Assembly: GCA_964434255.1 (NCBI GenBank)
Contig: CAYSUL010000001.1
Span: 181,695-245,694, forward strand
From: an uncultured Candidatus Saccharibacteria bacterium
GTDB taxonomy: Bacteria > Patescibacteriota > Minisyncoccia > Phycocordibacterales > Phycocordibacteraceae
Reading direction: 5' to 3'
DNA: 64,000 bases
The stretch's first letter is position 1, and each line of letters begins with the position of its first letter. A program made the translations under genes and the position numbers. The notes beneath the pieces were generated by a model. That model saw only the letters and a program-made list of their open reading frames with translations, searched no databases and was not told the origin of the DNA. Below, in pieces: positions 58,911 to 64,000 of this stretch.

Positions 58911-59705
58911 CTATAGGACAATGGAGATGGGGCAGTGGTCGGAGCCCATAACCTGAGGGTGGATGTCCGCTTCTTTTATATGCTTCTTGAAGCTCTTCGA
59001 GACGAAGAGATAATCTATACGCCACCCCACATTCCGTTCGCGAGCTCCTCCGAAATTGCTCCACCATGTGTAGAGTCCATTCCCTTGCTTGAACATGCGA
59101 AGCGTATCGACGAATTCAGCGGCCAATATCTGGTCGATGCCTTCCCGCTCTTCGGCAGTAAAGCCTTTCATTCCCTCGTTCTCCTTGGGACGGGCGAGAT
59201 CATCTGCCGTATGCGCAACGTTCAAATCACCGCCAAAAATAACAGGCTTCTCCTCTTCAAGCCGCTTCATATACTCCAGAAACGCTGGATCCCAGTGCTT
59301 GTGGCGAAGCCCTAAACGGGACAAATCATCCTTGGCGTTCGGGGTATATACAGAAACTACATAGAAATCGTGCATATCTGCCGCGACAATTCGGCCTTCC
59401 TGATTAGGGTCACCGTAGCCATCGTCCGCGAGACCATGCTTTTCTGCGATGTCTTCAGGCATGCCGAAGATCACATCGTTCGGGGTCATTTTGGTGAATA
59501 TGGCCGTTCCGCTATATCCTTTGCGACCTTTCGAGGAGCTCCAGAATTCTTCGTAGTCAAGGAGGTCGAGAGGGGATTGCTCCTGCTCTGCCTTGGTCTC
59601 CTGGAGAAGGAGTATGTCCGGCTTGTACTTCTTAATGAAGGGCATGAACTCGTCCTTTCTATGGACGGCCCGTATCCCGTTCACATTCCAAGACATGATG
59701 CGCAT
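58911..59705 (-). CDS. xth: Exodeoxyribonuclease III (AP endonuclease)
   Basis: SWNVNGIRA, LQETK, GDLNVAH, GWRIDY, SDHCP. Confidence 0.97.
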   Translation of the reverse strand: MRIMSWNVNGIRAVHRKDEFMPFIKKYKPDILLLQETKAEQEQSPLDLLDYEEFWSSSKGRKGYSGTAIFTKMTPNDVIFGMPEDIAEKHGLADDGYGDPNQEGRIVAADMHDFYVVSVYTPNAKDDLSRLGLRHKHWDPAFLEYMKRLEEEKPVIFGGDLNVAHTADDLARPKENEGMKGFTAEEREGIDQILAAEFVDTLRMFKQGNGLYTWWSNFGGARERNVGWRIDYLFVSKSFKKHIKEADIHPQVMGSDHCPISIVL

Positions 59706-59722
59706 GTGCGCATTCTAGCAAA

Positions 59723-60628
59723 CTACCTCTGTTTCGAATGGAATTTCTTGTGCACCTCGCGAAGATGCGCATCGGTCACGTGCGTATATATCTGGGTGGT
59801 GTTGATAGAGGCATGCCCTAGAAGGGCCTGAACACTGCGTAAATCGGCCCCGTTAGAGAGTAGGTCAGTAGCGAAGGAGTGGCGAAGGACGTGAGGAGTG
59901 ACCTTCTTGGTTATACCGGCCTTAGCGGCATAGAACTTCATGGTGCGCTCGACCGAGCGGGGAGTGAGGCGTGACGGCGTCTTCTTACTATCCTTCCCGA
60001 CCTTCGGAATGTTCACGAAGAGTGCTTCTTCCATGTCCTTACGGGCCTTCATGTAAGCGCGCGCTGCGTCCTTCGCGGCAGGGGACAGGAATACGACCCG
60101 TACCTTGTCACCCTTTCCGCGCACAGAGAGATCATCCCGCGACAGGTCGATATCGGAGTTGAGAGCGCAGAGCTCGGAAACGCGCAGGCCTGTAGAGAAC
60201 AGCATTTCCATGATCGCCTTGTCACGGAGCGCCTTCTCGCTATCTCCATCGGTAGCACTAATCAATCGCTCAAGCTCGGCGCTTGAAATAAGGTCTATCT
60301 GACGCTCGGGAAGCTTCGCCAGCTCTATACGCTCAGGATTAAGGCCATCGATTCCTCGTTTCCTAAGATATTTAAGGAATGCGCGCAGCGCGATGAGGTA
60401 GTAATTCTGCGTGCGACGCTTCATTGTGCCTGCAGTACCGGGCTGACGGTTGAGCCAGAGCCTGAATTCCCGGATTTTGTCCTCAGTTATGTCAGGAATC
60501 TCCTTTATCTCCATCTGAGTAAAGAAACGGTCGAGATAATGTTCATAATTCTCGACCGTTTTGATCGCGCGACCGCGCTCGATCTCGGTATATTCGAGGA
60601 ACTGGCGGAGCATAGAGCGAGCATCCAT
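59723..60628 (-). CDS. XerC/XerD-family tyrosine recombinase
   Basis: TGLRVSEL, VRGKGDK, TPHVLRHSFAT, LLGH..INTTQIYTH. Confidence 0.95.
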   Translation of the reverse strand: MDARSMLRQFLEYTEIERGRAIKTVENYEHYLDRFFTQMEIKEIPDITEDKIREFRLWLNRQPGTAGTMKRRTQNYYLIALRAFLKYLRKRGIDGLNPERIELAKLPERQIDLISSAELERLISATDGDSEKALRDKAIMEMLFSTGLRVSELCALNSDIDLSRDDLSVRGKGDKVRVVFLSPAAKDAARAYMKARKDMEEALFVNIPKVGKDSKKTPSRLTPRSVERTMKFYAAKAGITKKVTPHVLRHSFATDLLSNGADLRSVQALLGHASINTTQIYTHVTDAHLREVHKKFHSKQR

Positions 60629-60731
60629 GTGGGCAGTGTAGCATCCGTAACGTCGTAAAATCTTGGCAGGGGAGACCGTCCGCACCCCACAACACTTGCG
60701 CTTTTAATCAAGATGTGGTAAGGTAGGGCTA

Positions 60732-60998
60732 ATGCTAACGAAACGCGTGAAGACGGCCGTTATTAAAGAAACGGCAGTGCATCCTACTGATACCGGCTCA
60801 GCTCCGGTCCAGGTGGCTATCCTTACCCGCAAGATTGAGGAGCTTACCGCCCACCTCAAGAAGAACAAGAAGGATTTCCACTCTCGCCGTGGCCTTCTCC
60901 AGATGGTCGCTGACCGTCGCGCGCATCTTCGCTACCTCGAAAAGAACAATAAGCGCGGCTACAACGCACTTATCAAGAAGCTTGGTTTGAAGAAGTAG
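60732..60998 (+). CDS. rpsO: 30S ribosomal protein uS15
   Basis: [19 protein letters not shown]; leaderless TGgTAAGGT-7nt-ATG. Confidence 0.98.
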   Translation: MLTKRVKTAVIKETAVHPTDTGSAPVQVAILTRKIEELTAHLKKNKKDFHSRRGLLQMVADRRAHLRYLEKNNKRGYNALIKKLGLKK

Positions 60999-61148
60999 GA
61001 CTCGCGGGCACACAAGCCCGCGATTCTCGTTTCATAAGCAGGTGCTAGACTATATATGACGTAGCCGGTGGCTACCATCATTTTAATGAATCAGGGGAGT
61101 GAGGGTTATTTTCAATACAACCTGCTTCCTATCTAATTACATACCGTT

Positions 61149-61661
61149 ATGGCCGTGATAAAACATCCGGCGCAGCGTGTGGGGGTTTTCATAGATACCC
61201 AGAATCTCTACCACAGCGCCAAGCATCTTTATAAATCCCGCGTTAATTTCGCCAATGTCCTCGCCGAGGCAGTGGGCGACCGCGTCCTCGTGCGTGCCAT
61301 CGCCTACGTCATTTCGACCGAAGGCGGGGAAGAAGGCGCGTTCTTCGACGCTCTCACCAAGATAGGCATCGAAACGAAGACCAAGGGCCTCCAGATATTC
61401 TCTGACGGCGCCAAGAAGGCTGACTGGGACGTCGGTATCGCTATCGATGCCGTGAAGCTCGCGCCGAAGCTCGACACCATCATCCTCGCGACCGGAGACG
61501 GCGATTTCGTGCCGCTCATCGAATACCTCGATATGAACGAAGGCTGCCAGGTGGAGGTCATCTCCTTCGGCAAATCATCATCGCAGAAATTGAAGGAGGC
61601 CGCGCATGCGTTCACCGACATGTGCGAGAACCCGAAGAAGTTCATCATCGGGCATCGCTAA
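61149..61661 (+). CDS. NYN (LabA/DUF88) domain protein
   Basis: FIDTQN, KADWDVGIAID, GDGDFVPL. Confidence 0.93.
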   Translation: MAVIKHPAQRVGVFIDTQNLYHSAKHLYKSRVNFANVLAEAVGDRVLVRAIAYVISTEGGEEGAFFDALTKIGIETKTKGLQIFSDGAKKADWDVGIAIDAVKLAPKLDTIILATGDGDFVPLIEYLDMNEGCQVEVISFGKSSSQKLKEAAHAFTDMCENPKKFIIGHR

Positions 61662-61736
61662 GAGTGTCTGATGTGCGAGAAACCCCAGAGACGGAAGCGT
61701 CTCGGGGGTTTCTCCGGTTATACTTTGGAATAACGC

Positions 61737-63035
61737 ATGAGCGATAGCATTCAAAATCCTCAGGAAGATAAATCGAAATACATCCGCACGTATGCGAAAG
61801 ATGTTGCAGCGCTCTCAGGAGGGCAGGGGACGAAGGCTGCACCGCCTCGTCCAGATCCAGTACCCGTCGCTCCGCCTCCGGCGCCTGTACTGCGAATGCC
61901 GCAAGCCTCAAAAGAAGTAGCGGAAACATACCGCGAGCCTATAGCACCACCTACTGATACCGATCGCGAAGAATTATTCGCGCGCCTCAAGAAGAAGGTG
62001 AGCGAGAGCGCCCAGATGGAGATAGCTACGCCGCCGCCGATACCCACTCCCGAACCAGTAGCGCGTCCGGAACCATTATTCGAACCCGTGGCGCAACCGG
62101 CACCAGCTCCCATTCCGCCCGTCGTACGTGTCGAGGAAACGCCTTCGCGCATACATACGTATAAGAGTGATTTCGCCGACCATATCGATGACCGCGGCGC
62201 TTCTTCCTTCTCGGTATTGGCGGCCCAACAGGATGCGAAGCGAGCAACGCTTCCGTCCGTTCCGAAGAAGCGGAACCTTGTCTTTGCAGTTAGCGGCATC
62301 CTCCTGATCGTCCTTGGCGGAGTCGGGGTTGCGACGGCCGCCTGGTACGTTATGCGGTTGAATACGCTTCCACCGTCAGGGGTAGTGGTTCCGTCGCTCG
62401 TATTCGCGGATGAGCAAGTGAAACTCCGGGGAAGCGGAAACGACCTCATCCAACAAATCGCCGACCTTGCGAATGAACCGCTCCCAGAAGGGAACGTCAT
62501 CATCACCTATCTCTCTGAGTCGACCACGACATCCAAGGGAGAGGTGAGGGAGGTTCCGCTTTCAGGCGGCACGCTCATCGCAGCGATGAAGCTTCCAGCC
62601 CCCGATATCCTGCTCCGCAATATCGCCCCGTTCAGTACGGTGGGGGTACTGTCAGCGGGAGGGGAGACACGTCCGTTCTTCATATTCCGCGTCACTTCGT
62701 ATGAACGCACCTTCGCTGGCATGCTTGCGTGGGAGGTAAGCATGGGTCGTGACCTCGCAGTGTTATACCCGGCTCGCGGAGCAGGGAATCTCCTTCCGGT
62801 AGGAACCCAAGCGCCTATCGGGACCTCGACCCCGCAGGCCGTAGAGCCGGTTCGGGCGAATACCCAGTTCGAGGACGCAATCGTCCAAAGCCATGATGTA
62901 CGGCTGCTACGGGACACCGCAGGCAATACGCTTATGCTCTATGGATATGTAGATAAGGAGACGCTCATCCTCGCCCGCGACGAGGCAGCGTATACGCACC
63001 TCCTTACACGACTGGCCGCGAGCCGGACGCGCTAG
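61737..63035 (+). CDS. Pro-rich single-TM hypothetical protein
   Basis: Repeated IRTY/IHTY motif, central TM helix, FAGMLAWE. Confidence 0.8.
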   Translation: MSDSIQNPQEDKSKYIRTYAKDVAALSGGQGTKAAPPRPDPVPVAPPPAPVLRMPQASKEVAETYREPIAPPTDTDREELFARLKKKVSESAQMEIATPPPIPTPEPVARPEPLFEPVAQPAPAPIPPVVRVEETPSRIHTYKSDFADHIDDRGASSFSVLAAQQDAKRATLPSVPKKRNLVFAVSGILLIVLGGVGVATAAWYVMRLNTLPPSGVVVPSLVFADEQVKLRGSGNDLIQQIADLANEPLPEGNVIITYLSESTTTSKGEVREVPLSGGTLIAAMKLPAPDILLRNIAPFSTVGVLSAGGETRPFFIFRVTSYERTFAGMLAWEVSMGRDLAVLYPARGAGNLLPVGTQAPIGTSTPQAVEPVRANTQFEDAIVQSHDVRLLRDTAGNTLMLYGYVDKETLILARDEAAYTHLLTRLAASRTR

Positions 63036-63066
63036 CCCACTTTCTGGGTGTGGTAAAGTACGCAGC

Positions 63067-63420
63067 ATGAATATAGAACACTTCAAGGAGCGCCTCATGA
63101 GCGAGAAGCAGACGCTCGAAGCCGAACTTGCAACCGTAGGACGCCGTAACCCTTCTAATCCTGCCGATTGGGAGCCAATCCCGCAGGAGGTGGGGCAGGA
63201 GTCCGATCCGAACGACCAAGCTGACCTTATGGAAGGTCTCGGGGAGAACGCTGCCATACTTACCGACCTTGAGAACCGCTACAACGACGTCCTCGCAGCG
63301 CTCGCGCGCATCGAGGATGGCACGTATGGCGTCTGCGTCGTCAGCGGCGAGCAGATAGAGGAGGATCGCCTTGAAGCGGAACCCGCAGCCAAAACCTGCA
63401 AAGCTCATCTCAATAACTAA
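63067..63420 (+). CDS. DksA/TraR-family protein
   Basis: DPNDQAD coiled-coil tip, ALARIEDGTYGVC...RLEAEP. Confidence 0.9.
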   Translation: MNIEHFKERLMSEKQTLEAELATVGRRNPSNPADWEPIPQEVGQESDPNDQADLMEGLGENAAILTDLENRYNDVLAALARIEDGTYGVCVVSGEQIEEDRLEAEPAAKTCKAHLNN

Positions 63421-63427
63421 TACCTAT

Positions 63428-64000
63428 ATGACTCTCTCTATAAAAGAATGCCTCCGCTTCGGCTGGACCACATTCAAGGCTAATCCCTGGATATTCGTCG
63501 GCGCTGTCCTCGTCGGCCTCGCAGTCGAACTCGTTGGCTCGGGCGTGCAGAAGGCGCTCGAGTTCGATGGCGAATCCATCCTATCGCTTCTTGAGCTCGT
63601 AGGAGTACTCATATCGCTCGGGCTTTCCATGCTCTATGCGCTCGGGCATACGCACTTCTTCCTTAGGGCGCACAGTGATGCGAAAGGCGTGATGCTCCGT
63701 GACCTCTGGTACCCGAACCGCTTCTGGCGCTTCTTCGGTACTTCCATCCTTCTTTGGGTGATCGTAGGCATCGGTATCCTGCTTCTCATCGTTCCGGGCG
63801 TGATCGCGGCTATCGTCTTCTCGTTCGCGCTCTATCTCGTGGTGGATAAGGGCCTCGCCCCTGTCGAAGCACTGAAGGAGAGTGCTCGTCTCACCAAGGG
63901 CAACCGATGGAGGATACTCCTTCTTATGCTCGCGGTAGTGGGAATCAACCTTCTCGGACTTATCGCGCTCTTCGTGGGTCTTCTCGTAACCATTCCGGTT
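63428..64000 (+). CDS. Multi-TM membrane protein (DUF975-like), partial
   Basis: Hand reading from ATG 63428: LLIVPG, ALKESARLTKGNRW; runs off the right edge. Confidence 0.75.
   Translation, partial: MTLSIKECLRFGWTTFKANPWIFVGAVLVGLAVELVGSGVQKALEFDGESILSLLELVGVLISLGLSMLYALGHTHFFLRAHSDAKGVMLRDLWYPNRFWRFFGTSILLWVIVGIGILLLIVPGVIAAIVFSFALYLVVDKGLAPVEALKESARLTKGNRWRILLLMLAVVGINLLGLIALFVGLLVTIPV

Noticed and set aside
59723-60628. Tyrosine recombinase as an integron integrase for the cassettes
   Set aside because: Its size and motifs fit housekeeping XerC/D, no IntI-specific insertion is evident, and the cassette hairpins lack attC RYYYAAC/GTTRRRY ends. A role cannot be excluded but is unsupported.

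Overview
This is a GC-rich window from a Patescibacteria (CPR) genome, probably Parcubacteria (inferred from the ribosomal-protein sequences, CPR-style pilins and gene content). The core content is the str/S10/spc ribosomal cluster (rpsL-rpsG, fusA, tuf, rpsJ, rplC-D-W-B, rpsS to rplE), rpmB, rpsO, nusA, rny, clpP, hup, rarA, recJ, rnhA, pgk, tpiA, sod, ppa, cca, xth and a Xer-type recombinase. It also carries type IV pilus/competence genes (pilB, pilC, minor pilins, split comEC), four CCA-less tRNAs and seven parS-like palindromes. The main unexplained structure is a two-class gene organisation. Core genes are leaderless (-10 box 6-8 nt before ATG) or have AT-rich leaders without a Shine-Dalgarno (SD). 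About 25 mostly short orphan genes sit between them as self-contained units, typically a promoter, a strong SD, an ORF and a GC-rich intrinsic terminator. Several of these units are bracketed by degenerate direct repeats made of a terminator and/or its flank, which suggests terminator-targeted insertion. Product calls come from motif recognition by eye; no database searches were run.
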